Of a stretch of DNA of 64,000 bases, positions 50,891 to 60,342 are shown piece by piece. Where the stretch lies: IMG/VR virus record IMGVR_UViG_3300042302_000394, positions 1 to 64,000 of that record. The stretch is one strand, 5' to 3'. Under the pieces are notes generated by a model. That model made no database searches. It was not told the DNA's origin and saw nothing but the letters and a program-made list of their open reading frames with translations. A program made the position numbers and the translations under genes. Positions within the stretch are counted from its first letter, which is position 1, and every line of letters starts with the position of its first letter.

Positions 50891-51621
50891 CGGTCTATCC
50901 AGTCTTTATTACGGTAAGGTTTACCAATGGCTGCTTGCGGTAGATATCGAACTACTTTCTTTTTTAATCGTTGAATAATGGGATGGTTGTGATCGTGTTG
51001 GAATGCTCTTAAATACATTCTCCAACTGTTGTGACGTCGTCTGATGCCTTTTTGGTTTTCACTTAGGTAGTCGACGATTTGGTCCACATCACCTTTAAAT
51101 TTGTCTATTAATTCACAAGCGATATTGAATCCGTATGCATCTATTTCATCGGAACAGCCCAAATAACTCTGCTCCATTTGCACTTCTGTTTTGTTTGCAG
51201 TGCTGGCATAATCTGGAATAATTTTAAATTTACGCCTACGATACTGCCTCATGTGTATCAATTCGTGTAGTAGGGTGTCTGCTACTGTATAACACATTCC
51301 CTTGTAGCGTTTTTTAGTTATGCATATATGCTCGTCAAACAACGAATAAACAAATATTATCTCTACAGCCTTCTTTTTATCTTGGTCCCACTCACTATAA
51401 TATGTTCCGCCCACCCAAACTTGATTGGATTCTACTTTAAAATTAGTACTTCGTTTAAACCTAACTGGCGCTAATTTTTTTAAATGATTGGTAATTTTGC
51501 TGTGGAATTTTTCTATAGTAAGCTGTTGCCCGACTAATTCCGGATAAAGAGAGTACAGGAAACTGGCGATAGTTTCTCGATCTAGCATAGACCAATTGAA
51601 TCGTACTCTTGGTGTAGTCAT
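50887..51621 (-). CDS. Zincin-like (HExxH) putative metalloprotease
   Basis: LLHELIHMRQY...EIDAY; TAAATA upstream. Confidence 0.6.
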   Translation of the reverse strand: MTTPRVRFNWSMLDRETIASFLYSLYPELVGQQLTIEKFHSKITNHLKKLAPVRFKRSTNFKVESNQVWVGGTYYSEWDQDKKKAVEIIFVYSLFDEHICITKKRYKGMCYTVADTLLHELIHMRQYRRRKFKIIPDYASTANKTEVQMEQSYLGCSDEIDAYGFNIACELIDKFKGDVDQIVDYLSENQKGIRRRHNSWRMYLRAFQHDHNHPIIQRLKKKVVRYLPQAAIGKPYRNKDWIDR

Positions 51622-51641
51622 GTTTCCACCTTGTAATATAT

Positions 51642-52175
51642 TTAGTTATCACTTACACTTTCATTATGTGCTACTTTAATGACGCTAAGACCACTCTTCT
51701 CTAAAAATTCTACGCCCGCCATGTCCCTATAACTATTGCGATAGTATACGCTAGATATGCCGCTTTGGTATATAAGTTTGGCACAATCCAAACAAGGAGC
51801 GTGAGTAATAAAAATATCAGCATCACGGCCGCTTTGGCTCGACTTGGCCAGCTTCGCAATCGCATTGGATTCAGCATGTAATACCTCTGGTTTAGTTTTT
51901 AATCCGTAACGAACATTTCGTTGAGCACCTTCGTGCCATCCTTCGTGCGGGTACTTAGCATCGAACTCCTCTGGGTCAAGCCAACCACCTGCACCCGAAT
52001 CCCAAACTTTATCTTCACAGTCATTATCCCAGCCCGCAGGCATTCCGTTGTAGCCGTAGCTAATAACTGAACCATCTTTAACAATAACCGCACCTACCTG
52101 AAGTCTAATGGCGTGGCTAAGTTCAGCAGCTCTTAAAGCCCAATCCATATACATGTCTATGTATTTTTCTTTCAT
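51642..52175 (-). CDS. dCMP deaminase (ComEB family)
   Basis: VGAVIV, GYNG, HAESNA, PCLDC. Confidence 0.92.
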   Translation of the reverse strand: MKEKYIDMYMDWALRAAELSHAIRLQVGAVIVKDGSVISYGYNGMPAGWDNDCEDKVWDSGAGGWLDPEEFDAKYPHEGWHEGAQRNVRYGLKTKPEVLHAESNAIAKLAKSSQSGRDADIFITHAPCLDCAKLIYQSGISSVYYRNSYRDMAGVEFLEKSGLSVIKVAHNESVSDN

Positions 52176-52927
52176 TGATAATCTCTGCCGTCTCTAGAGT
52201 GGTACTTTTTATCGGGATCATAGTGGGCAAATTGATCATAATTTGGTTCGTTTGGTAACACTCTTTTACCTACGAACCACTCGCCTATGTGATTAATTAG
52301 TTTTCTTCCATAATAATTTCTAATATTCGCAGACACCATGCCGTACTGTTCGTGTAGTACTTTACCTACAAGCCCTTCATTTAAATTAAAATCGTAGAAT
52401 TTTCTATAGTCCACCTTAACCCTATCTAATGAATATAAACTTGCCATGGGACTAAAAATCAAGCTATTTTTTGTATAACGAAAATTCTTATAGATATGAT
52501 CTGATCTGTCAGCAATCGGATCCGTTTCGTGACCGTACCATGCTTGTCTTGCTAACTGAACCTGTCCCAATTCTTGATCTTTTTGCAATAGCTCTATAAG
52601 GTCGGTGACTAGTACAGGTTCTAGTATTTCTACGTCATCTTCTTGGTGCCATATGTAGTCATAATCTCTTTCTTTCATTAGGTCCCAGAATTGACTCCAT
52701 GTTACACTCAACCCTAGATTTTCTGGATGCAAAATAATTTCATTATAGCCGTACAACTTAACCAGCTCTGTGATCATCAAATCGTTTCGAGTTTTAGGAT
52801 AATCATCGATGAAAATTTTATGTACTTCGCATCCGTAATAATTTATATTACGCTGTGCTCTTAGTGTACGAGTCAAGTACTCTAGTCTGTTAGTTGAAAA
52901 TATTACCTGACAAATTTTATAGGTCAT
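52172..52927 (-). CDS. GT-A fold glycosyltransferase-like protein
   Basis: FIDD, NLGL, WHQEDD, HIGE. Confidence 0.7.
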   Translation of the reverse strand: MTYKICQVIFSTNRLEYLTRTLRAQRNINYYGCEVHKIFIDDYPKTRNDLMITELVKLYGYNEIILHPENLGLSVTWSQFWDLMKERDYDYIWHQEDDVEILEPVLVTDLIELLQKDQELGQVQLARQAWYGHETDPIADRSDHIYKNFRYTKNSLIFSPMASLYSLDRVKVDYRKFYDFNLNEGLVGKVLHEQYGMVSANIRNYYGRKLINHIGEWFVGKRVLPNEPNYDQFAHYDPDKKYHSRDGRDYQ

Positions 52928-53475
52928 TAGATTCTCTCAGTATTAAAGAAGAAAGTTTGGAAAAGTCTGCCAGTTTCGTTGCTGTTACCAAAATAATCTA
53001 AACTTGCGTGATATAGATCACCTCGATAAATTATTAGCCTGTTGTATTTGTTTCCTACTCTATCAAATTGATCCCATTTAGTATAATCATAACCTTCGTG
53101 GTCTTTGTTAGATCTTCTAAATTCTCCAGTTTCTTTGTGACGATAAAATGCAGTTCCACCTGTATGTGGAGCATCTGGAGTTAGGTAACAAACACCTGCC
53201 CACATATTATGATGGTCGGCATGTATCCATGTTCTGTCTTGAGCTGTGGCTAATTGAAAGGCTCCGGTGTAACCTTGATCTTCAAACCAGTGAGTAACCG
53301 GCCCTGCAAATGCCATCCAGTATTCGATACAGGATTTAACATCGTCCGGTAGATAAGGTTTAGTTCTTGATCCGGGATAATTTCCTTTTACCGAGAAGTC
53401 TTGAGACAATGCATAATTTCTAACAATGTCTGGGTTCTCATAAAAGTTATCGATAACTAATAATTCTAAATTCAT
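52927..53475 (-). CDS. 2OG-Fe(II) oxygenase-like protein (DUF6445-type)
   Basis: VIDNFYENP, YPG.R, WIHAD, YLTP, GGTAFY, YNRLI, YH, RLFQTFF. Confidence 0.75.
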   Translation of the reverse strand: MNLELLVIDNFYENPDIVRNYALSQDFSVKGNYPGSRTKPYLPDDVKSCIEYWMAFAGPVTHWFEDQGYTGAFQLATAQDRTWIHADHHNMWAGVCYLTPDAPHTGGTAFYRHKETGEFRRSNKDHEGYDYTKWDQFDRVGNKYNRLIIYRGDLYHASLDYFGNSNETGRLFQTFFFNTERI

Positions 53476-54237
53476 TTAATACCTCATGTATGTTCCACTA
53501 ACTCCTTCCCAGCCATATATTTTCCAGTCAGTTTCTACTATGTCTTTTTCGTAAGGTCTAGTAAAGAAATATAACAAGGTTTCAAGATCATATGCTATAC
53601 CATTGGGGTTATTCGTAAATTCTGCAATCACTCTATAGATGTCTAGCATTTTTTCATGATACTCAGAAGTCCATCCATAAAGCACTGAGCAATATTGTCT
53701 AAGCGTGTTATCTTGCTGGGTACTTCGTCTATCTACCATTTCATAGGGCCAAGTATCCTGCCACTCAAATTTTAACGGATGTTTAAAAAACAATTTCCCT
53801 GTATTTTCATTTGTACAATGAGTTAGGTTAAACGACCGATCAAAGAAATATCTTCCACTTAATTTAAAAAAGAAGTCATATTCTTTGAGCAAATCTTTAT
53901 ATCTATTAAAGAATGCAAGTTGTAATATTGTTTCACAGTGACTCTTGTGAGAGTGTGTTCTAATAATATCAAATAAGTCGGGAAATTCTTCTGCTACATT
54001 AATAAAAACAAGATTTGGTTGGTAGGCAAGTACTGCTTTGTAGTGTGCAGAATTTTTAGATGAGTCAACTAAAAATATAGTTGTTTCGTCGTCTATTATT
54101 CTATCTAAAGATGATAGAGTAAAAATAGTTTGTCTTAATCGTTCTTCATTACTGAAGATAGATCTTACATTACTGTAGGTAAGTGGATAGGTATTATCAA
54201 CATCAATGACGCTAGTAACCAGTATTGCTTTCTTCAT
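53476..54237 (-). CDS. Putative glycosyltransferase-like protein
   Basis: ERLRQT, LVDSS, FFKLSGRY motif; context between GT genes. Confidence 0.5.
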   Translation of the reverse strand: MKKAILVTSVIDVDNTYPLTYSNVRSIFSNEERLRQTIFTLSSLDRIIDDETTIFLVDSSKNSAHYKAVLAYQPNLVFINVAEEFPDLFDIIRTHSHKSHCETILQLAFFNRYKDLLKEYDFFFKLSGRYFFDRSFNLTHCTNENTGKLFFKHPLKFEWQDTWPYEMVDRRSTQQDNTLRQYCSVLYGWTSEYHEKMLDIYRVIAEFTNNPNGIAYDLETLLYFFTRPYEKDIVETDWKIYGWEGVSGTYMRY

Positions 54238-55256
54238 GATCTATAAAAGTTGCCTGTTAATAATTTTTTAAAATATTCATCGAGTTGTTTATGTACAACT
54301 TCTTCAGAGTAGTGTTTCATTGCCCAGTCTCGGCAAACTTTGGGGTCTATCTTGTCAATGTTATTCAATGCGTCGACAAATTCTTTAAACTCTCTACAAC
54401 GGAATCCAGTTACACCTTGTACAACTGTTTCTGTAAAGCCCCCCCAGTCTGTGGTAATAGCTGGGGTGCCGGAGAAGTAGCCTTCAGCAACCATATTGCC
54501 AAAAGGTTCAACGTAGTAAGTCGGTCCTATGATCGCCTTTGCATCTCGCATTAATACTTTACGCTGTTCTGCATTTGCCACACCAAACACTTCTACATGA
54601 CTAGGAATTTCAGAATAACCCATGTCTGCTAGATCTCCGGGACCTGCTACAATCAATTTATGTCCTGTTTCTTTTGTAGCTTGTATAGCAATATTAAGAC
54701 CTTTGTTTTCAATAACTCTACCAAAGTAAAGAATATAATCTTTCTTTGCCTTAGAGAATTCAAACTCGTCTGGTGAAAATGCATTTGGTATAACAGCGTC
54801 ATACCAGCTAGGAGCCATTAACATCTTTCTCTCACCGTAGAACATGTGCATTTGGGCATAGCTGACAAATACTCTATAAGGTGCGAACACTGCCTTAGTG
54901 TCGTAGCCTATGCTAGGTTCGATGATAATAAGATCGTTATTGGCTTCGGCGGCAACTTGATTTTCCCAACCATGAAAGCAAACTATAATATCTCCGGGAG
55001 ATTTTCGGGATTTAATTTCACCGGCTGCTCTTATATTGTATTTGTCTATACAAGAATTTCTGTGTGGGTATATCTCATCTAAACAAATTACAGTTTCACA
55101 ATCTACTTTACAGCCCACTATACCGTAATGGATACAGTCCCATCCTAGAGGCATCATGTTGTTGATAAATTTTATTACCGCTATAGAAAAGGGATCGGTC
55201 CTGTTATTAATATGAACAGGACCGGTTGGATTGCTTAATATATGAATTGTAGGCAT
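54234..55256 (-). CDS. GT4-family (GT-B) glycosyltransferase
   Basis: VIPN, FGRVIENKG, EPFGNMVAE (EX7E), GTPAI, GVTGF. Confidence 0.9.
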   Translation of the reverse strand: MPTIHILSNPTGPVHINNRTDPFSIAVIKFINNMMPLGWDCIHYGIVGCKVDCETVICLDEIYPHRNSCIDKYNIRAAGEIKSRKSPGDIIVCFHGWENQVAAEANNDLIIIEPSIGYDTKAVFAPYRVFVSYAQMHMFYGERKMLMAPSWYDAVIPNAFSPDEFEFSKAKKDYILYFGRVIENKGLNIAIQATKETGHKLIVAGPGDLADMGYSEIPSHVEVFGVANAEQRKVLMRDAKAIIGPTYYVEPFGNMVAEGYFSGTPAITTDWGGFTETVVQGVTGFRCREFKEFVDALNNIDKIDPKVCRDWAMKHYSEEVVHKQLDEYFKKLLTGNFYRS

Positions 55257-55260
55257 AGAG

Positions 55261-55434
55261 TTAATTAGATGCTTTTGATTTTTGTAGCCGCAATTTATTA
55301 AGTTGATCTTCTAACATTTTAATATAATGTACAGAAAATCTTCTTCTTAGTTCTACGGGAAAATCTTTTGATGCAAGTCTGTACTTTTGAATCTCTTCTT
55401 CTTTGAGAAAAATAAGTTTATCGATATCATTCAT
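55261..55434 (-). CDS. Small hypothetical protein (57 aa)
   Basis: Manual translation MNDIDKLIFLKEEE...; TAAATA 7 nt upstream. Confidence 0.45.
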   Translation of the reverse strand: MNDIDKLIFLKEEEIQKYRLASKDFPVELRRRFSVHYIKMLEDQLNKLRLQKSKASN

Positions 55435-55613
55435 TGTGTACTATTTAATCGATCAATCTCATCGGCTGCTTCTTCTAACAAATCTGCAATACGGTCTGGC
55501 GTGCCTTCCTGTACTGATTTACGGTCTTTGATCTGTCTGCGAATCTCTGCTCGCTTGCGTAGGCGGAATATAAGACTCTGTTCACTTACTGGTAAATGAC
55601 TTTCGTCTTTCAT
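55431..55613 (-). CDS. Small hypothetical protein
   Basis: RLRKRAEIRRQI...DRIADLLEEAADEI. Confidence 0.6.
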   Translation of the reverse strand: MKDESHLPVSEQSLIFRLRKRAEIRRQIKDRKSVQEGTPDRIADLLEEAADEIDRLNSTQ

Positions 55614-55834
55614 TTTATATCAAGCCCCTGTGTTTCTGGACTATAGTCCAATGTGCCGCCGTCTTTGTCATTAGGGTAGAAGTAAGCATCCTCATCTACT
55701 ATTGTAACTTCTAAATCACCATGACGCAGGTCATAGTCCGTGAATCCACCTTTGTCGTGATATACACGGAATACATATCCGTTCAGTGTGTCCAGAATAA
55801 ATCCTCGTGTGCCCACAGCGTTTTTGATTTTCAT
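55610..55834 (-). CDS. Small hypothetical protein
   Basis: FRVY...FTDYDL.H.DL. Confidence 0.55.
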   Translation of the reverse strand: MKIKNAVGTRGFILDTLNGYVFRVYHDKGGFTDYDLRHGDLEVTIVDEDAYFYPNDKDGGTLDYSPETQGLDIK

Positions 55835-55954
55835 TTTTCTACCACCTTATATCCTGAGTAGGGATAGTGTTCTTGCAACCATTCCAACATGCCTGGTTCA
55901 TTGGGCAGTCGGATTGAATCGTATTTGTTTGTGATATACATTATGCTTTCTCTG

Positions 55955-55977
55955 AAAAAGGGCCGTGACAGCCCTTG
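55955..55977 (-). terminator. Intrinsic terminator after the SPFH gene
   Basis: AAGGGCTG-TCA-CGGCCCTT-TTT. Confidence 0.75.
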
Positions 55978-55994
55978 TTCTTCTTTTTGTCTAA

Positions 55995-56792
55995 TTACTT
56001 AGGCATCATCAATGCATTGAAGTTGCTTGGAACAACAATGGTCTGTACTTGTCCATTCTTGATACCTTCTGAGATATTCAACATGGCTTGTGCCTGCATG
56101 AATGCAATACTAGCACCTGAGTTATTTGCAAGTGCTGCCATACGACGGCTTTCAGCTTCGGCAGTCTTAACTTCAACTTCCTTCTGCTTGAGTTCGTTCT
56201 TACTACGAACCAATGCGTTAGCCGACTCAACAACAGTATCACTTGGCAGTACATTACGAATCATAACCTGACTGATCATAATGGAACCGTCCAACTTTTC
56301 TTCAGAAAGGTTGCGAACAATTTCTTCCTTAATGTAGTTTTCCATGTCAGTGCGGTTGTCTGCCATATCCAATGCTTCGTACTTTCGTGCGGCTTTGTAG
56401 ATAGCATTACGAGCATTCTGAACCACATAGTTGTACATCACATAAGTGTCACCTTTGAATTCAGCGTGGAACGATTTGTTCTTGGTTGAATAAAGTTCGG
56501 CAACATTCTGTGAATTGATGTTGTAAACAACTACAGCATCGAAGTCTTTCATGGTTGAGTTGTCCTTGGCCACCGGAGTCATATTCTCCAAGACCACGTT
56601 AACATCCTTGACCGGGAATGTAAGCACATCACCGATGAATGTCTGATTGAACGAACCAGGCAACAACTCACCTGGTTGTACCTGTTTATCAAAACCAACT
56701 CGCACACCGACCTCACCAGTCTCAATACGAGTACAAGCACTAGTTAGAGCAACTGCGGTCAAAACCAAACCAACTTTAATAAAACGCATCAT
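55995..56792 (-). CDS. SPFH/band-7 family lipoprotein
   Basis: Lipobox TSAC; RIETGEVGV; coiled-coil AEAE tail. Confidence 0.85.
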   Translation of the reverse strand: MMRFIKVGLVLTAVALTSACTRIETGEVGVRVGFDKQVQPGELLPGSFNQTFIGDVLTFPVKDVNVVLENMTPVAKDNSTMKDFDAVVVYNINSQNVAELYSTKNKSFHAEFKGDTYVMYNYVVQNARNAIYKAARKYEALDMADNRTDMENYIKEEIVRNLSEEKLDGSIMISQVMIRNVLPSDTVVESANALVRSKNELKQKEVEVKTAEAESRRMAALANNSGASIAFMQAQAMLNISEGIKNGQVQTIVVPSNFNALMMPK

Positions 56793-56887
56793 TTAGATAA
56801 CTCCAGTGGAAAAAAGATAAAAACAAACAACAAAACCCAAAGCAAAATACAAGGGCCTTAGCCAACGATCATTGATCATACAATACC

Positions 56888-57064
56888 TTAAAAAAGAATT
56901 ACAAGCACTGTCATCAACATTACTGCTGCCAGTGATACAAGTATACTATAGCCTATGCTTTTTGTCAAGGCCAATTGTTCCTTGCCTTCCATATTTCTCA
57001 TAGCACGAATGCCAAAATGTATCAGAACAGCAAGGATAGCAAATGCAAACCAAAGTTTAATCAT
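56888..57064 (-). CDS. Small two-TM protein upstream of SPFH (58 aa)
   Basis: Manual translation MIKLWFAFAILAV... Confidence 0.5.
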   Translation of the reverse strand: MIKLWFAFAILAVLIHFGIRAMRNMEGKEQLALTKSIGYSILVSLAAVMLMTVLVILF

Positions 57065-57069
57065 TTTGA

Positions 57070-58125
57070 TTATCCTTTAGTTGGGAAAGGCCAATCACTG
57101 CCTTGTGCCCTAAACACAGTTCCAGGAGGTGGTGTCACCTTACCATCAGTATTGCGAGTCCAACCAGTTGGTTGCACATAACGATACCGTGCTGGATCAC
57201 CGTTTTCGCGATCTTCCACACCGGCCTCGTATCCAACGTCATATGCATTGTGTTCTCTGGAACCATAGTTGTATGAATTGCTATAGTCTGCACCAGAGAA
57301 GCCGTCACTATAACCACGCTTATGGATACTTGAACCGACTCGGACTTCTGGCGCAGGCTTAGCCGCACGTACAGTTTCAGTACTGTTGGCATTGCTCTGT
57401 ACAGGCTTGTCAAAAGCATCCCTTGCTTCACCGCCCATTTCACCAATAACTTCATATCGGCAAGCACGACCCTTGGCACCATTGTAGTCACTTGGGATTG
57501 AAACAACATCAGCTGGATCAATCTTAACAATTACCACACGGCTGTCATTACCACCAAAGTGGTCCAAGTAACTCAAACCGCAGAAGTGGAGACCAGTACT
57601 GCAAGTTTGATCCTTGTTGTCGTCAACAGCGTTGCGTTCCATTTCGACAACAGTACCCGGGCTATTGTCCATAGTACCACTGTGAATGTCTTTGAAGTCT
57701 CGGCGTACTTTCTTGTAGGCAAGGAAGTAACCATCGGGAGTGATGGGCAAACTGTTCTTTTCCAAGAAGCCATAGAGTTCATCTACTGAACGCTTTGAAG
57801 GGTTCTTCATCAAGTTGTGCATGAACAGAACCATTGGCTCAATAGTAAAGCCATCCTGCAACATGGTAATCATACGGCTTGCCAATACACCTGCAAAAGG
57901 TTGTCCTTTCCAGAACAGTTGTTCGCCTTTGACAGAGATGTTGCCAGCACCGTAGTTCAGCACAACCTTGACTGGGTCAATAATGTTTTTAACAGTGTCC
58001 CAGTCTTGTGCTTTAATAGCATCAACTACCTTTTGGTAAGTGACGTGGGTCTTAGAAATCGTATGTGGTTTGCCGTCAATAACGACAGTAACATTCGAAC
58101 CTTGAAGAATAAACGGATAACTCAT
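57070..58125 (-). CDS. rIIB: rIIB-like protein (start MSYPF) with extra C-terminal domain
   Basis: NPS...LYGFL...ITPDG..LAYK, CSTGLH, DVVSIP.DY..KGR.C.YEV; follows rIIA. Confidence 0.88.
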   Translation of the reverse strand: MSYPFILQGSNVTVVIDGKPHTISKTHVTYQKVVDAIKAQDWDTVKNIIDPVKVVLNYGAGNISVKGEQLFWKGQPFAGVLASRMITMLQDGFTIEPMVLFMHNLMKNPSKRSVDELYGFLEKNSLPITPDGYFLAYKKVRRDFKDIHSGTMDNSPGTVVEMERNAVDDNKDQTCSTGLHFCGLSYLDHFGGNDSRVVIVKIDPADVVSIPSDYNGAKGRACRYEVIGEMGGEARDAFDKPVQSNANSTETVRAAKPAPEVRVGSSIHKRGYSDGFSGADYSNSYNYGSREHNAYDVGYEAGVEDRENGDPARYRYVQPTGWTRNTDGKVTPPPGTVFRAQGSDWPFPTKG

Positions 58126-58126
58126 T

Positions 58127-60304
58127 TTAAATACCTTTCTTTGCATCAATTAAATTTACATACTCGGCAATATCGCTTGCCTCTACGCGGTAAGTACTCA
58201 AACTAGTCAACAACGGATAACGGCTGTTAACTGTGTTGAGTTCTGTTTGATACTTGGTCACAAGTGCTTCTGGGCTAAGGTTAGCTGTAGGAGCAAACTT
58301 GCGGAACAGTCTATCAATATTGTAGCGGTTTCCTGTGAACTTGTCAACCTTTACAAACACTGAAACCAGTTTAGCGTAAGGACTGTTGGCATCAATTTCA
58401 GCCAAAATATCTTTATTGTGGATGCCGTTGATAACATCGGCCCCCTCTAATGCACTCTTAACCAAACTCATCAACAGTTTGGAATTGTCCTTAGCAGCCA
58501 ACTGATCAACAATGTGTTCTTCAAAGTTCTTCCAGTTTGGCTTCTTCTTGATATCTTCAATGTCGCTCTTACGTACACCGTAGATCTCACCGTTGAACAA
58601 ATTGTGCAAGCTCTTGACATCTTCATGCATGTCCTTACCGCTAGTATAGCCTTTGGCACTTAGCATTGTGAAGCCGCTCAATGGTACATAGTAGTAGGTT
58701 TCTGTAGTGACAAACTTGCTAGTATCGCCTGCGGCACGCCAGACCATATCTTGCTCATCACGACGATAGCCACCGCCACCACGACGTTCCAACTTGAGAA
58801 TTGAAACGTTCTTACCCATGTTCTCACGTTCACGTTGCTTCAAGGTACTTGCGACAAAGCGACGAGCAAGCGGAGGTTCTTGGATAGCGGCAAAGAAAGA
58901 CTTGGTATCCATGTCCTTAGTCTTGTCTGCCTTTTCCAAAATCCAGATAGCACGGCTGTAAACATCGCAACCAGTTTCACGATAGTGATAACGAGCACGT
59001 TCGCCGGCACCGGTCTTTAAATCATTGATGATGAAGTGACTGGCGTCATCAACCTGCACATGCCATTCTTGCCAAGTGATGTAATGTCCGGCAGCATTTT
59101 TTGCATGTCCGGGAGCGTACTCTGTAGTGCTCTTACCAGTGGTCACAGCCTTGTTATGACGAGTCTGATGCAACTGTCGAATCTGGATGTTATAGTTAGC
59201 AGCCAGGTCCTCTACTTTAAACTCAAACCGCTTCAAACGGTTGTACTGTTTGTCGTCATAAGTAGGCAAAGCAGTGTCTTGAGCATACTTGCTCACAGCC
59301 GCGGTCCACAGTCGATGCTCTTTCTTCTTGAACAAGAACACAGCACGATCCCACAGGTTCTCAATAGCATCTGCTTCCTTGGCAATGACCACAGTCAACG
59401 CCGCATTGACTGCTTCCAATTTACGTTTGATAGCCGCAACAGTTGATGGGATGTAACTGAGGCCTTCGCGGCTGGCTTGGAAGTCCAGTTCGCCAATACC
59501 AAAGTGCATTTCCAAACCGCAGATCAACAACTGCTTCAACTCAGGCGGAATAGATCCGTCAGCGTTAGGCACCTCGATAGGATAAGCAATATTGCCCATA
59601 ATGGCTGCACTGTTACTGCGATCCTTGAAACTATGCACACCGGGAACAATGTCGCGGCTTTCGTACTCAGCATCAACAAACTGGAAATCGGAACTGCCAG
59701 AAACAACCGGACGGAGAGCAAAGTGTTTGTAGACAACTCGAGCTTCTTGTCGGAACTTGTCAAAGTCGTAACGATCGTTGACGGAAAACTTAACTTCAAC
59801 ACCAGCAGGCTCGTCTGTAGCTTCCTGCATCATCAAGGCAATGCTGGGCACGCCTTCCCCGTTGATAAAAGCTGAGTAGATACCCTTAACGCCGTTTTGG
59901 ATAGCAGTCACAGTGAAGTTGTCAGTGTAGCTGAACGGACTCTTTGAACCCAACCCCAGCGCACCAATAAACTCGTTGGAGTTTGTTTTAGTACTTTCAA
60001 AGTAAGTGGTGTAGATTTGGGTAACTTGCTGATGACTCAAGCCAGTGCCGTAGTCACGGATGGCAAAGTGCGGCTCCAATGTGTTGGGCAAATGCACATC
60101 AAACGGAGTGTCTTTCTTACCTGCGGCTGCATGGCTGTCCACAGCATTGCAACTCAATTCGCGGATGATAGCACGGATCTTGTTAGCATACAAGCCCGAA
60201 CTCAAAATGCTGAACGCTTTGGCAGAATTGCGAATACGGAACTCGCCAATTTCTGCTACGTTAGAAACAATAGCTTCGTTAACTGGAGCATTGTTGAGAA
60301 TCAT
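58127..60304 (-). CDS. rIIA: rIIA-like GHKL ATPase
   Basis: LSSGLY..K..AIIRELSCNAVDSH, IRDYGTG, GALGLGSKSPFSY, SREGL. Confidence 0.9.
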   Translation of the reverse strand: MILNNAPVNEAIVSNVAEIGEFRIRNSAKAFSILSSGLYANKIRAIIRELSCNAVDSHAAAGKKDTPFDVHLPNTLEPHFAIRDYGTGLSHQQVTQIYTTYFESTKTNSNEFIGALGLGSKSPFSYTDNFTVTAIQNGVKGIYSAFINGEGVPSIALMMQEATDEPAGVEVKFSVNDRYDFDKFRQEARVVYKHFALRPVVSGSSDFQFVDAEYESRDIVPGVHSFKDRSNSAAIMGNIAYPIEVPNADGSIPPELKQLLICGLEMHFGIGELDFQASREGLSYIPSTVAAIKRKLEAVNAALTVVIAKEADAIENLWDRAVFLFKKKEHRLWTAAVSKYAQDTALPTYDDKQYNRLKRFEFKVEDLAANYNIQIRQLHQTRHNKAVTTGKSTTEYAPGHAKNAAGHYITWQEWHVQVDDASHFIINDLKTGAGERARYHYRETGCDVYSRAIWILEKADKTKDMDTKSFFAAIQEPPLARRFVASTLKQRERENMGKNVSILKLERRGGGGYRRDEQDMVWRAAGDTSKFVTTETYYYVPLSGFTMLSAKGYTSGKDMHEDVKSLHNLFNGEIYGVRKSDIEDIKKKPNWKNFEEHIVDQLAAKDNSKLLMSLVKSALEGADVINGIHNKDILAEIDANSPYAKLVSVFVKVDKFTGNRYNIDRLFRKFAPTANLSPEALVTKYQTELNTVNSRYPLLTSLSTYRVEASDIAEYVNLIDAKKGI

Positions 60305-60342
60305 GTAAAACCTTTCAGTAGTGTGTTTGTCTGTATGTATAT

